A stretch of 64,000 nucleotides of DNA from an uncultured bacterium (lineage in GTDB: Bacteria > Oederibacteriota > PGYV01 > CAWJRG01), in assembly GCA_963845185.1 (NCBI GenBank), contig CAWJRG010000010.1, positions 32,001 through 96,000 of the forward strand, written 5' to 3'. A model generated the notes under the pieces. It was not told where the DNA came from, ran no database searches, and saw only the letters and a program-made list of their open reading frames with translations. The position numbers were made by a program, and so were the translations under genes. Of this stretch, positions 30,449 through 40,400 are shown piece by piece (the first letter of the stretch is position 1; the number at the start of each line of letters is the position of its first letter).

Positions 30449-31306
30449 TTATATTTGTATATTCAGGAATTTCCTTGCCGCTATGCCGATAAAAAAAGCT
30501 ATAAAACTTACCCCAAGGCATATAAAAATCATTTCCAGGAATATGTGCTTAAATCTTGACTCCTGCACCACCGAAACAAAGAACGAGAAGAAAATTATCA
30601 CGAGCAACACGCCAATCAGCATGAATCCCAGCGCAAAATAGCAATTATTAACCAAAAAATATGGCACTACAAGTATAAGCACCACTATAAGGTAGATAAT
30701 CCCGGTATAAAACGCGGCTTTAAACGGACTCCTGCCCGTATCCTTGCCCTCGGATTTCTGCGACAAATACTCGGCTGCTGACATTGAACACGCTCCGGCA
30801 ATGCCTGTAATAAACCCTGCTGCGCCTATTACTTTTGTATGCTGCAGGGCGAACGTGAATCCAGCCAGCGCCCCTGTGAGTTCTACTATGGCGTCGTTTA
30901 TGCCGAGGACCATAGAGCTTATATATGCCAGCTTTTCCTCTTCAATCATGGCGAGCATGGCGGTTTCATGCCTGTCTTCGTCCTTGATTACCGCGTCGAT
31001 ATTCTTAATAGTACCCTTTAATTTCGAGTAAACGTCCTGCGCGTCTGCTTCGCCGTTTTCCATAAGTTTTGCGGCAAATGTTATGCCGAAAATCCTTCCT
31101 GTCAAAGACAGCAGGAAAATTTTTATCCGGTCAGGCTTCACGTCAACCCCTGAATATTTTCTAAAAAACAGGTAGTGCCTCATCTCGTCGCCTGCGATTT
31201 TTTCAAGGACTTTCCTGTTCTTATCCTTGACTGTCCTTGCAAGATTCATGTAAACGTGATGTTCGGTTATTTCATTTTTCTGGCATTTTAAAACTATATT
31301 GTCCAT
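30449..31306 (-). CDS. rubrerythrin-like domain plus VIT1/CCC1 transporter
   Basis: E..H motifs (DEMRH, DEDRH), VLGINDAIVELTGALAG, SMSAAEYLS. Confidence 0.88.
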   Translation of the reverse strand: MDNIVLKCQKNEITEHHVYMNLARTVKDKNRKVLEKIAGDEMRHYLFFRKYSGVDVKPDRIKIFLLSLTGRIFGITFAAKLMENGEADAQDVYSKLKGTIKNIDAVIKDEDRHETAMLAMIEEEKLAYISSMVLGINDAIVELTGALAGFTFALQHTKVIGAAGFITGIAGACSMSAAEYLSQKSEGKDTGRSPFKAAFYTGIIYLIVVLILVVPYFLVNNCYFALGFMLIGVLLVIIFFSFFVSVVQESRFKHIFLEMIFICLGVSFIAFFIGIAARKFLNIQI

Positions 31307-31324
31307 GGATGGTCCTTTCCAAAG

Positions 31325-32371
31325 TTATGGTATATATACCCTTACATAATCAACGTACATTACCTGGGGGAACGAAGTGGTGGCATCCGGGCTGCCGGGC
31401 CAGTTGCCTCCTGCGGCAACATTCAGCAAAAAGAAAAAAGAATTGTTATATTTCCATGCACCGCTTGCTTCCTGGCTGGATTTTACGGTTTCGTAAAGGT
31501 TGCCGTCCACATAAAACTGGATCTCTCCAGCCTGCCACAATACGCCAAAAACATGGTAATCGTTATGAAACAACTGGCCTCCCGGAAGCGTATATGTATT
31601 TGACCAGTCTGTTCCGTCATGCAAAGAGCCGTGGTTTATTGGCTGGTCAGCGGTATTGCCTATATTTTCCATTATATCTATTTCCCCGCAGGCTGGCCAC
31701 CCGGCACTGTTAATGTCTGTTCCAAGCATCCAGAAAGCCGGCCATATTCCCTGCCCAAAAGGCAGGCGTATGCGGGCAACCATGTAACCGTACTGGAAAC
31801 TCTGCAGCCCCAGTGTCTGCAGCCTCGCGGAAGTATACCTTCCCACTGTGCTGTAGTTGGGGTTTCCGGGCATAGTGTCAATTACAGTAATGGCCAGTGC
31901 CCTTCCGTCAATCGCATTCGAGTCCGATACAATCTGCGCGTTTGTCGTGCTGTTTGTGTAATTCTCGAGCTCATTGTTTCCCCATCCGCCGTCCCCTGTT
32001 TGTGGAGCCCAGTTTGACGCGCTCGGATAACTTCCGACCGGGCCGTTAAATTCATCGCTCCAGTACAGGCTGTAACCTGGCGGGACACCGGGCGGCGTGA
32101 ACGTCGCGGTCAATGTTGCCTGTGCATTAGCTGTCTGCTGGGCGTTAGCTGTCAACTGTGCCTGCGCTGTTGCTGTCGCCTGCGCTGACGGCCCGGCTGT
32201 CTGAAGAAAAACAACAGTTAATGTTGCCTGCGCCTGGGCTGTTGCTGTCATATTGGGCGTAGGTGTCTGTGTCGCTATAGGTGTGGCAGGTGAGAATTTT
32301 TTCGAACAAGTGGCAGCTATAAAAAATGCGATAAGAATAAAAACAGGGATTAAAATTTTTTTCATATACAC
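31325..32371 (-). CDS. lipoprotein with glycoside hydrolase family 16 domain
   Basis: Lipobox AATC, Thr/Ala/Gln linker, WSDEFNG, GIWPAFW, catalytic EIDIME, VDYVRVY. Confidence 0.93.
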   Translation of the reverse strand: MYMKKILIPVFILIAFFIAATCSKKFSPATPIATQTPTPNMTATAQAQATLTVVFLQTAGPSAQATATAQAQLTANAQQTANAQATLTATFTPPGVPPGYSLYWSDEFNGPVGSYPSASNWAPQTGDGGWGNNELENYTNSTTNAQIVSDSNAIDGRALAITVIDTMPGNPNYSTVGRYTSARLQTLGLQSFQYGYMVARIRLPFGQGIWPAFWMLGTDINSAGWPACGEIDIMENIGNTADQPINHGSLHDGTDWSNTYTLPGGQLFHNDYHVFGVLWQAGEIQFYVDGNLYETVKSSQEASGAWKYNNSFFFLLNVAAGGNWPGSPDATTSFPQVMYVDYVRVYIP

Positions 32372-32403
32372 CTCTCGAATCCGTAAATTTATTACTGTAT
32401 ATT

Positions 32404-32432
32404 AGTATATCCCCTGTATATAACCTTGTCAA
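32404..32432 (-). promoter_or_regulatory. sigma70 promoter of the GH16 gene
   Basis: TTGACA-17-TATACT. Confidence 0.7.
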
Positions 32433-32640
32433 TGATGTGTTAAGTTTAAAAAATATACAACAGGCTGGCTGGCAGCCACGGGCGGCATAAGCAACCGGTT
32501 TCATTTTGGGAAAGCCTTCATTTTCAGGCAGATAATAAAACAGAAAAATCAAAAATAAACGATATTTTATGATATAATTGCAGCAAATAGATAAAACATT
32601 TTTTGCTGGCATTCCACGCATTGAATACCGAGGTGAAAAA

Positions 32641-32886
32641 ATGGCATTTGAAATAGGCCACACGGTTGACCTGAATAATGATTTTTATAAAAAATATTTT
32701 GATGATGATGAAGTAATCGGCATAAGCGTAAGGCGTTGGAAAGAATTATTTGAAAAGTATGGAGTAATAGTAAAAGACGCTGTTTATAATGACCATTTAA
32801 AAGAAGATATTGTAAAAATACATTTCGCGCAATATCCGACTACTGATTATACATTTCCGGTGAAGTATTTAAGAAAAGTGGAATAA
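32641..32886 (+). CDS. hypothetical protein (81 aa)
   Basis: SD GAGGTG before ATG 32641. Confidence 0.65.
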   Translation: MAFEIGHTVDLNNDFYKKYFDDDEVIGISVRRWKELFEKYGVIVKDAVYNDHLKEDIVKIHFAQYPTTDYTFPVKYLRKVE

Positions 32887-32932
32887 ATACAACTGACTTG
32901 AGTTGTAACGGACAGTTTAGGGTGGCTTACGG

Positions 32933-33610
32933 TTACCAGACAAAAGGAATAATTCTGAAACGTACTTTCCTGCAATATTCCGTGTATCCCAGCAAATCTC
33001 TTTTTAGAAGCTTTTCCTCGTCAAAAAGCCTCCATACAAGTGCAGGCAGCATAAAGATAATGACCAGCAACCCGCACCACGAACCAAGCGCAATCGGCAT
33101 GCCGATAAGATACATAAGCGAACCGGCGTACATCGGATGCCGTATCACAGCATATGGCCCGGTTGATATTAGTTTTTGATCAGGCGCCACTTCAATAATG
33201 CCAAGTGCGTATGTATTTTCCTTCAATGCAAAAAATACGGCAAGCCAGCCGAGCGAGACAAGCAAGTCCCCTGCGATTGACAGATAGTCAGGCACAAATG
33301 ACCAGTGAAAGCGGTGATCAAGTGCAGGCACAACCAGCAACGCTGCAAACCCTATTGATATGATGGACATTGCAATTTTTTCGCCCAACCCTTTTTCCAG
33401 AGCGGGCCCTGCCGACATGCGCCGTTCCAGGAGTTTTGGGTCTTCCAGCAAAAGATACACGATTATAGCCAGCCCTGCCCCGCCGAACACAGCCAAAAAA
33501 TCCCACGCCTGCCAGTAAATAAGCGTCCATGCCGGAAGCAATATCAGCGCTCCCATGCCGGAAATAACCGCCAGCAGGCTTGCTAATGCCTTTAATTTTA
33601 AGTTTTTCAT
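32933..33610 (-). CDS. isoprenylcysteine carboxyl methyltransferase-family membrane protein
   Basis: ISTGPYAVIRHPMY, EE..L, R.IPFVW. Confidence 0.9.
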   Translation of the reverse strand: MKNLKLKALASLLAVISGMGALILLPAWTLIYWQAWDFLAVFGGAGLAIIVYLLLEDPKLLERRMSAGPALEKGLGEKIAMSIISIGFAALLVVPALDHRFHWSFVPDYLSIAGDLLVSLGWLAVFFALKENTYALGIIEVAPDQKLISTGPYAVIRHPMYAGSLMYLIGMPIALGSWCGLLVIIFMLPALVWRLFDEEKLLKRDLLGYTEYCRKVRFRIIPFVW

Positions 33611-33721
33611 AATAGGATCTCCTTTGGATCCGGCAGCCCTGCTGTAGCCAAGGCAGCCGCCGGGTAGTTTATTTCATTAAACCCGCGGTTGATAAAGGCC
33701 ATTGATAATTTCTTTCGGTTA

Positions 33722-33750
33722 ATTATATCCCCTGTTTACAGCCTTGTCAA
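33722..33750 (-). promoter_or_regulatory. sigma70 promoter, perfect consensus
   Basis: TTGACA-17-TATAAT. Confidence 0.8.
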
Positions 33751-33799
33751 TGTGGCCGCACTTACCAACAATTCAAAATTGAAAATTTATTTATTAATC

Positions 33800-35224
33800 T
33801 TACTGCGACGACCAAACGTCGCTTAGCACATTCGATCCTGAGTCCTGCCCGCCTATTACCCACATCATATTGTTATATACCACGCTGGTATGTCCGGATC
33901 TCGCGGAAAAACCAGGGTTTGCCGTCGCCTTCGTCCATGTTATGCCGTCGCTTGAATACCATATGTCATTATAATAATAGGTCCAGTTAGTCCCGCCTAT
34001 CACCCACATTTTATTATCATATACCAAGCTGGTATGCCCGCCCCTTACACTGAAAGCCGCTGCCGCTGTCGCCTGCGTCCAGTTTGCTCCGTCACTTGAA
34101 TACCATACGTCATTGTAATAAGCGCTTCCTGCCCCTGCTATTACCCACATTAAATTGTTATATGCCAGGCAGGTATGTTCCACTCTTGCGTTAAATGGTG
34201 CTGCCGTTGTCGCCTGCGCCCAGTTTGCTCCGTCACTTGAATACCAGACATCATTCAGGTAGCCATTACCGCTGCCGTTCCATCCATACCCTCCTATTAC
34301 CCACATTAAATTATTATATACCGCGCCGGAATGGCCAAACCTTGCGCTGAATACTGTTGTGCCTGTTGCCTGCGTCCACGAAGCTCCGTCACCCGAATAC
34401 CATATGTCGTTTTGCCAGTTAGCGCCTTCGGCTCCGGCTATGACCCATACCAGGTTGTTGTAAACCACTCCGGCAAACCCTGATCTTGCGTTGAAAGCTG
34501 CCGTGCCTGTCACCTGCGTCCATGTGACTCCATCGCCTGAATTCCATACGTCTTTTTTCACGCTGGTTCCGTCATACCCTGATATTACCCACATAAGGTT
34601 ATTAAATACTACGCTTGCAAACGAATCCCTCGCGCCGAATGCTGTTGCGCCTGTTGCCTGCGCCCATATGGAACCCGTCACAATGGTGTTTGTAATAGTC
34701 GGAGTTACTGTTGGTGTAACTGTTATTCTGTCTGTCGCTGAATCTGTAACTGTAGCCGTCCAGTACACAGTGTCTGTTGCAGTTACTATCTGGGTTGCCG
34801 TATATGTATCCGGAATTATTTCTGTTTCCGTTATTGTGGGCGAGTCCTCATTTGTCGGTGTTGAAGTCGGCGTGATTGTCTCTGTATCTAAAGGCGTTTC
34901 TGTCACCGTGTCTTCCGGTGTATTTATTGCCGTATCTACCGGCGTATTTGTTTCAGTGGGAATTTCCGTGTTTGTTCCTGTTTCCATTACAGCCAATGTT
35001 GGTGTTGCTGATAAATAAGAAATTGTAATCGTGGGCGTAATTGAATTTGTATCCGTGGTTGTAACTGCCGGTATTGCTGTTTTGGTAAAAGTTGGCTGTA
35101 TTGTGCTGGTTGGCTGCACTGGTGAAACAGGCCCCATCGGGCTTGATTTCCTTTTCGAGCATGCGTAAAATAATGTCAGGATAATTAAAAGTGCTGTTAA
35201 AATTTTTTTCATTGGAGTCTCCAT
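33800..35224 (-). CDS. lipoprotein with Thr-rich linker and Kelch-type beta-propeller
   Basis: Lipobox FYAC, T/P-rich stalk, six repeats of F.AR.GH...VYNNLMWVIGG...NDVW.S.DG..W. Confidence 0.88.
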   Translation of the reverse strand: METPMKKILTALLIILTLFYACSKRKSSPMGPVSPVQPTSTIQPTFTKTAIPAVTTTDTNSITPTITISYLSATPTLAVMETGTNTEIPTETNTPVDTAINTPEDTVTETPLDTETITPTSTPTNEDSPTITETEIIPDTYTATQIVTATDTVYWTATVTDSATDRITVTPTVTPTITNTIVTGSIWAQATGATAFGARDSFASVVFNNLMWVISGYDGTSVKKDVWNSGDGVTWTQVTGTAAFNARSGFAGVVYNNLVWVIAGAEGANWQNDIWYSGDGASWTQATGTTVFSARFGHSGAVYNNLMWVIGGYGWNGSGNGYLNDVWYSSDGANWAQATTAAPFNARVEHTCLAYNNLMWVIAGAGSAYYNDVWYSSDGANWTQATAAAAFSVRGGHTSLVYDNKMWVIGGTNWTYYYNDIWYSSDGITWTKATANPGFSARSGHTSVVYNNMMWVIGGQDSGSNVLSDVWSSQ

Positions 35225-35433
35225 CGATAGCGTTTATTTTATTGATTTGATATTGTAAGGGCAATTCACGGTTTGCTCTTGTTTTCAATTGCTAATTTAT
35301 TATATCTTTTCATAAATAATTGTTTTTCTCATTACTATAACCGTGCTCAGTGGCCTTATAGTGCTTTTTTTAACCGCTACCACGCATTTTGTGTTCCCTA
35401 TTGCATTTTATATAAAAGTAAATTTGCATGGTA

Positions 35434-35694
35434 TTATGAAATATTTCGGCCGAATTCCACTTTCGCCCTTAATGAATCTGCTTCCTCTTTTATTTGTTTC
35501 TTAATGCGCTTAACAATACTTTCCAGTCTCGGCCCCGTAGGCACTGTTCCCGTAAGTTCCGTATGTGCCTCTACGGCTTTTCCCAGTCGATTGTCATAAG
35601 CATCATCCTCATCTGTCTTTGCTGTTACAGGCATTGCTACTGCTGCTGCCTCTGCCTGGAACTTTGCCTTTATCATTGTCTTTGCTTTTTTCAT
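35434..35694 (-). CDS. hypothetical protein (86 aa)
   Basis: SD AGAGG, natural composition, co-oriented with rpoZ cluster. Confidence 0.6.
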   Translation of the reverse strand: MKKAKTMIKAKFQAEAAAVAMPVTAKTDEDDAYDNRLGKAVEAHTELTGTVPTGPRLESIVKRIKKQIKEEADSLRAKVEFGRNIS

Positions 35695-35770
35695 TGTTAA
35701 CCTCTTTTTTCTCCCCGCGTTGGCCGCGGGAGAAAGTTTTTAGGAGCCGTGATTCCCTGCCCTGTTTTGA

Positions 35771-35890
35771 TTATTTTTTATTATCTAACTTTGCGGGTTT
35801 TATTGAAGACTTCCTCCGCGCAAGCCTTCTTTTCTTCTGGTTGTTCTTCACTATTGCTCTCATTTTTCGTTTTGAAATCATGCTGCCCAT
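35771..35890 (-). CDS. 39-aa basic peptide, possibly bS22/AURKAIP1-like
   Basis: Own translation MGSMISKRKMRAIVKNNQKKRRLARRKSSIKPAKLDNKK; SD AGGCGGTG. Confidence 0.5.
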   Translation of the reverse strand: MGSMISKRKMRAIVKNNQKKRRLARRKSSIKPAKLDNKK

Positions 35891-35933
35891 AATATCACCG
35901 CCTTTTATTTTTACGCTCTTTAAATTTTTATTG

Positions 35934-36023
35934 TTATTTACCCCTCATTAATTGTTTTCTATGCTGTTTCCTGCGTTTTTTAAATTCTATTTTTTCTTTT
36001 TTCCATTCATTTTTATTTTTCAT
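35934..36023 (-). CDS. 29-aa Lys/Arg-rich peptide
   Basis: Own translation MKNKNEWKKEKIEFKKRRKQHRKQLMRGK; SD GAGGT. Confidence 0.4.
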   Translation of the reverse strand: MKNKNEWKKEKIEFKKRRKQHRKQLMRGK

Positions 36024-36082
36024 TTTTTACCTCGTTTTCCCTTTGGTTTTTTGCTTCACGTAAACGTTTCAATGCCGGAATA

Positions 36083-36310
36083 TCAGTCTGCTACGTTTAT
36101 TTTTTTAATGTCAAACTCCGGGTATTTAAGCTTGCCTTCCAAAAATTCTTTTGCGGCAAGATTGGTTGGCTTCAGTTTCCTGTCTTCGTCCTCGGTTTCT
36201 TCCGGGTTTTCCCTTATGTATTTTGCCCTGCTCGAGACCGCCAGCACGGCTGCGTATTTGTTCGGAATTTTTTTCTCGATATCGCTTCTTGTAAATTCAC
36301 TTTTTTTCAT
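36083..36310 (-). CDS. rpoZ: RNA polymerase omega subunit
   Basis: IPNKYAAVLAVSSRAK...KPTNLAAKEFLEGKL. Confidence 0.88.
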   Translation of the reverse strand: MKKSEFTRSDIEKKIPNKYAAVLAVSSRAKYIRENPEETEDEDRKLKPTNLAAKEFLEGKLKYPEFDIKKINVAD

Positions 36311-36403
36311 TTACTTGCCTCCAGTATTGTGTTGTTATTTTATTTTTTACGCGCCGCAATGTCTTCAGGGCACGCAGCTCCGTTTCGCAATTTTATGTTC
36401 CGG

Positions 36404-36580
36404 CTATTCGGCTGTAAGTTTTTTATGCTCCGGCGCTTTAGCTTTAATTATGTATCCGGTTCTTTTATAATTGCATTTGGGGCATACATATTTAGTCGGA
36501 TAAAAAACCGTCATAATGCTTCCGCAATTCGGGCACGTTGCCTTGTCAAAAAAATTATTAAACTTATTGAATTTATTCAT
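36404..36580 (-). CDS. small zinc-ribbon protein (58 aa)
   Basis: SD AAGGAGG; CPNC...CPKC. Confidence 0.65.
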   Translation of the reverse strand: MNKFNKFNNFFDKATCPNCGSIMTVFYPTKYVCPKCNYKRTGYIIKAKAPEHKKLTAE

Positions 36581-37049
36581 TTCTTCCTCCTTTTTTATGC
36601 TAACATACGCCTTTGCTATCCTGCTTTCCTCTGATTTTTTACCTGCTGTAAATAGAATTCGGGCATGCAATCAAAAATAATGGCTCTACGGGGAGGTATA
36701 GGAATCCTTTTAGGGAGGATACAAATCCTTAACGCACAATTTGTCCGAATTCCGCGTCTACACCGGCTTACATCCGCTTGCCCGATTCTTGTTCCCTTGT
36801 CTTACAGTCCAGCCGGTCATTTTAGCACAAAATCTGCCGCTTTTTTCTTTTTCAGAATAACCGGAATTATGATATTAATTTTACACCACAAACAGCATTT
36901 ATGATACATCTTTATTCCCCTTTTAATGGATTATTATCGGCATAGATAACAGGAAGTTAAAACGGATGGGCAATATGGCGTGGAATTATGGAATTTACTT
37001 TACAAAAATACAGCGCATTTTGTTGGCTCTTATTAATTGATAATTTGTT

Positions 37050-37871
37050 TCAATTCCCTTGAATTTCCTTAATTTCTTTATATGCCTGCTTGAGCCCGAG
37101 TTTCCCGGCCTTGTTTAAATCTTCAACCGCTCCTTTCTTGTCGCCCAGGTTCGCCTTGACTTCTCCGCGTGTGCAATAAGCCATTGCAAACTTCAGTCTA
37201 AGTTCTATTGCCTTGTCACAGTCCTTGATTGCACCGGCATAGTCGCCTAATTTATTCTTGATGTCCCCGCGGTTGTTATAATACATCGCTTTCTGGGAAT
37301 CAAGTTCTATTGCCTTGTTAAAATCTTCGAGCGCGCCTTCATAGTTTTTTAAATCATATCTGGCGGTCCCGCGGTTGGAATAAGCGTCCACATCATTCGG
37401 GTCAAACTCCAGCGCCTTGCTGTAATCCTTGATTGCGCCCGCATCGTCATTTAAGCCGTTTTTAGCGCTGCCCCGGCCCAGGTAAGCGTCCGCGTCCTTG
37501 GGGCTGATGGATATTGCTTTATTATAATCCGCAATTGCGCCTTTGTAGTTGCCCAGGCCCTTTTTGGCGAGCGCGCGGTTAATAAAAGCATTCTCATTAT
37601 ACGGGTCAAACTCCAGCGTCTTGTTATAATCCCTGATTGCCCCTGCATGGTCTCCTGATTTGTCTTTTGCAACCCCGCGGTTGTAATAAATCCTGGCGGA
37701 CCTCGGGTTAAGCTCTATTGCCTTGTTGTAATCCCTGATTGCGCCCTTATAATCGCCTGATTTATACTTGGCATTTCCTGCATCAAAATACTTTTTTGTT
37801 TCATTATTATCGGAATGGGCCAAAATACTAAAACAAAACATAAAGATTATTACAGGTAAAAGTTTTTTCAT
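37050..37871 (-). CDS. secreted TPR-repeat protein
   Basis: Signal peptide, about seven AY.NRG..K..LG...GAI.DY.KAIE repeats. Confidence 0.92.
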   Translation of the reverse strand: MKKLLPVIIFMFCFSILAHSDNNETKKYFDAGNAKYKSGDYKGAIRDYNKAIELNPRSARIYYNRGVAKDKSGDHAGAIRDYNKTLEFDPYNENAFINRALAKKGLGNYKGAIADYNKAISISPKDADAYLGRGSAKNGLNDDAGAIKDYSKALEFDPNDVDAYSNRGTARYDLKNYEGALEDFNKAIELDSQKAMYYNNRGDIKNKLGDYAGAIKDCDKAIELRLKFAMAYCTRGEVKANLGDKKGAVEDLNKAGKLGLKQAYKEIKEIQGN

Positions 37872-37949
37872 TACTAACTCCGTTTTTATCTGGCACTCAG
37901 CATTTGGCATTCAGAGTTTCCAAATCCCGAATGCTGAATCTTACCGGCA

Positions 37950-39251
37950 TCACGCAAAGATATAATACAGGATAAAAGCCGCCGCAAGGATATAGATGAG
38001 AAGTGGGACTTCTTTGTATTTGCCTGTTATTAATTTTACTACCGGATATGTAATGACGCCGAAAGCAATTCCGTGGGCAATATTGAATGTCAATGGCGTT
38101 ATGATGAGTGTCATGCACGCCGGCAATGTCTCGGATAGATCCTCCAAATTTAATTTTAAAATATTTTTCAGCATTAAAAACCCAATCATTATAAGGGCAG
38201 GTGCCGCTACCGGGTAAAGCGTGTAATACTTTGACAGGCTTACGCCGGTGCCGACGGACTTTATCAGCGGGTACAGGAACATCGCTGCCAGGAAAAGAAG
38301 GCCGGTTACTGCGTTCGAAAGCCCGGACTTGCCTCTGGTTGACACGCCTCCGGCATTGCTTTCTATGTAGCCGGAAATATTCGACGTGCCCAGGCACGCG
38401 CCAATTGGCGTCCCTATGGCTTCGATAATCAGTACTTTTAATGCACCGGGGTTTTTTGCGTTTACTGCAGAGCCGAGCGTGTCGAAAATATTCATGTAAA
38501 GCAGTATGACCAGGCCAAAAGCAAAATTTAGCAGGTTTAAATGGGTAAAATCAAACTGCATGAACACGGGTTTTATGGATGGCGGCGCGCTTACAATGCC
38601 TGTGAATTTTGCCACGCCTGCAATAGACGCAACCACAAGGGCAATAAGGGTGCCGATTACAATTGATCCTTTAATGTTTCTTAAAAACAGGGCTATTATC
38701 GCCACAAGCCCGGCCAGGGACACAAGCACCTCAGGCGATTTCAAGTCGCCAAGCTGTACAATGGTTAAGGAGTCCGGAACGATTATACCCGACCATTTCA
38801 ATCCCAGCATCGTAATAAAAATCCCTGTACCTGCTACCATGGCGTATCTCAGGGATAAAGGCACGGATTTTGCAACGTAATCCCTGAGTTTAAACGCGGT
38901 CAGGCCGAGAAAAACCAGGCCCTCTATCATGACAAGTGTAATGGCGTGCTGCCATTTCCAGTTCATGGATACGACTATGGTAAATACAAAAATAAGATTC
39001 TCTCCCATAAGCGGCGCGGCTGTTATGGGGAAATTCGCGATAAGCCCCATTAAAATGCACATAAGGCCCGCACCAATGCAGGTTGCGGTCATCACGGCGG
39101 AAAAACTCATGCCTGCCTGCCTTAAGACTGCCGGTTCCATGAAAATAATGTAGGACATTGCCAGGAAAGTGTAGGCGCCTGCGGTGATTTCGTTTTTGAC
39201 TGACGTGTTTTTCTCGTTGAGCCTGAAAAAATCAATAAGGAATTTATTCAT
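37950..39251 (-). CDS. NCS2/AzgA-type purine permease
   Basis: EITAG..TFLAMSYI, AP.MGEN, YIES.AG, PAL...G, IA.GI.FG. Confidence 0.92.
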   Translation of the reverse strand: MNKFLIDFFRLNEKNTSVKNEITAGAYTFLAMSYIIFMEPAVLRQAGMSFSAVMTATCIGAGLMCILMGLIANFPITAAPLMGENLIFVFTIVVSMNWKWQHAITLVMIEGLVFLGLTAFKLRDYVAKSVPLSLRYAMVAGTGIFITMLGLKWSGIIVPDSLTIVQLGDLKSPEVLVSLAGLVAIIALFLRNIKGSIVIGTLIALVVASIAGVAKFTGIVSAPPSIKPVFMQFDFTHLNLLNFAFGLVILLYMNIFDTLGSAVNAKNPGALKVLIIEAIGTPIGACLGTSNISGYIESNAGGVSTRGKSGLSNAVTGLLFLAAMFLYPLIKSVGTGVSLSKYYTLYPVAAPALIMIGFLMLKNILKLNLEDLSETLPACMTLIITPLTFNIAHGIAFGVITYPVVKLITGKYKEVPLLIYILAAAFILYYIFA

Positions 39252-39264
39252 GATATACCTCCCT

Positions 39265-39366
39265 TAGATTTCGTTTACTTTGTCAAGCCGTCAACAGGCG
39301 ATGACAAAGTATTACGAAATCTTGTACCCGCTCCAGTCCGGACCGCAAGGTCCGGACAAGCGGTGC
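39265..39366 (-). ncRNA. structured leader element, copy B (upstream of NCS2 permease)
   Basis: ACCGCUUGUCCGGACC-UUGC-GGUCCGGACUGGAGCGGGU then AGAUUUCG-UAA-UACUUUGUCA...UGACAAAGUA-AA-CGAAAUCU abutting AAGGGAGG. Confidence 0.7.
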
Positions 39367-39620
39367 TTAACATCATGTTTTATTATTTATACTCCATGCT
39401 TTGCATGGACTTGTCGGAGTAATGATTTTGCTTCGCTGTTAACGCTCTCAAAATCAAACTCTGCCAAGCTGCTCAGGTACAAAGGTCCCCAGGCCGAGAG
39501 TAAATAGTAAGATGGACTAGTTCCCATGAGTTATTTAATTTGAAATTGCCCCGAAGTACTGCTGTTTAACCGCGTCACTAAAATAGCAATCTAAAATGGA
39601 TTTCTACTTAATGCTGTTAA

Positions 39621-40367
39621 TTAGTGGTAATAAACCGTAAGTTTAGGATTTGTCGAGACTGAATAATTGTGATAGAAAGTTGCCCAGTTGGTTCCATATA
39701 ATTCGTTCTGTGCAACCAAAATAATACCAGAGTTCGTGAAAGAATTTGTTATCCACGAATTGACCATCGAGGCATTTAATGTAAAGGTTATTGTGTCTCC
39801 GCTGGCCAGGGCCGGGCCGGCATATACGGTATCGCTTTCAGGCGATGAAAAACTAAAATCCCCTCCGGGTGTCGACCATGTGCCGGAACTGTTATTTGTC
39901 CATGAAGCAGACCCTGCTTGGTAGGCAAGGCAAATCGTGCCTTCAGCCCATCCGTTTGTCAGCGGATAAGCGGTTATTGTTGCACCATTCCCGACTATCT
40001 GGTAAACGGTCAAGGTTAAATATGCCCTGGTCACAGTCACGTTTGTCGGGACAATTGCCGATAAATCAAATCCCATCAGCGTCCTCATCGACTGGTAGCC
40101 GGTAATGTTATCAACACCCATATAAATATACTGGCATCCGCCGGTAGTAAGGCTTGGGTCACCTGAAGAAATATATTCTGCGAGGTTGCCTGCATATGTA
40201 CTGTAAGGGGATATCCCGTCCTGAAAAAAAAGCACAGTATCGCCTGGGGCGCCTGCAGGTCCCGTAGAGCCTGCATTTCCGGTAGAATTGTTTGAGTTGA
40301 CACAGGAAATCATACATGCGGCAGAAACTGCTGAAAGGAGCAACAAGACTAAAAGATTTTTTTTCAT
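39621..40367 (-). CDS. lipoprotein with short collagen-like stretch and DNRLRE-like domain
   Basis: Lipobox, GSTGPAGAPG, FQDG..P...Y.G, RTLMGFDLS.I, W.E, W.TPGGD, PKLTV.Y. Confidence 0.75.
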   Translation of the reverse strand: MKKNLLVLLLLSAVSAACMISCVNSNNSTGNAGSTGPAGAPGDTVLFFQDGISPYSTYAGNLAEYISSGDPSLTTGGCQYIYMGVDNITGYQSMRTLMGFDLSAIVPTNVTVTRAYLTLTVYQIVGNGATITAYPLTNGWAEGTICLAYQAGSASWTNNSSGTWSTPGGDFSFSSPESDTVYAGPALASGDTITFTLNASMVNSWITNSFTNSGIILVAQNELYGTNWATFYHNYSVSTNPKLTVYYH

Positions 40368-40400
40368 ATCGGCCTCCTCATCATAATAATCCCCGGCTAA

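Noticed and set aside
33620..33700. Possible c-di-GMP-I riboswitch
   Set aside because: Only loose similarity to the 3' half; the GGCAAA...GAAA...GACGCAAA core is absent
33800..34670. Periodic DNA repeats resembling a CRISPR array
   Set aside because: They are in-frame Kelch repeats inside a CDS; no cas genes or unique spacers
36681..36730. tRNA-like 3' end on the minus strand (…CCTCCCCGTAGAGCCA)
   Set aside because: No T-loop consensus, anticodon arm or 5' acceptor strand found; at most an unrecognisable relic
39279..39286. TTGACA inside leader copies B and D as a -35 box
   Set aside because: No -10 box at proper spacing; the hexamer is part of the paired stem
30290..39620. Integron cassette array
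   Set aside because: No integrase and no repeated attC sites; the genes carry their own promoters
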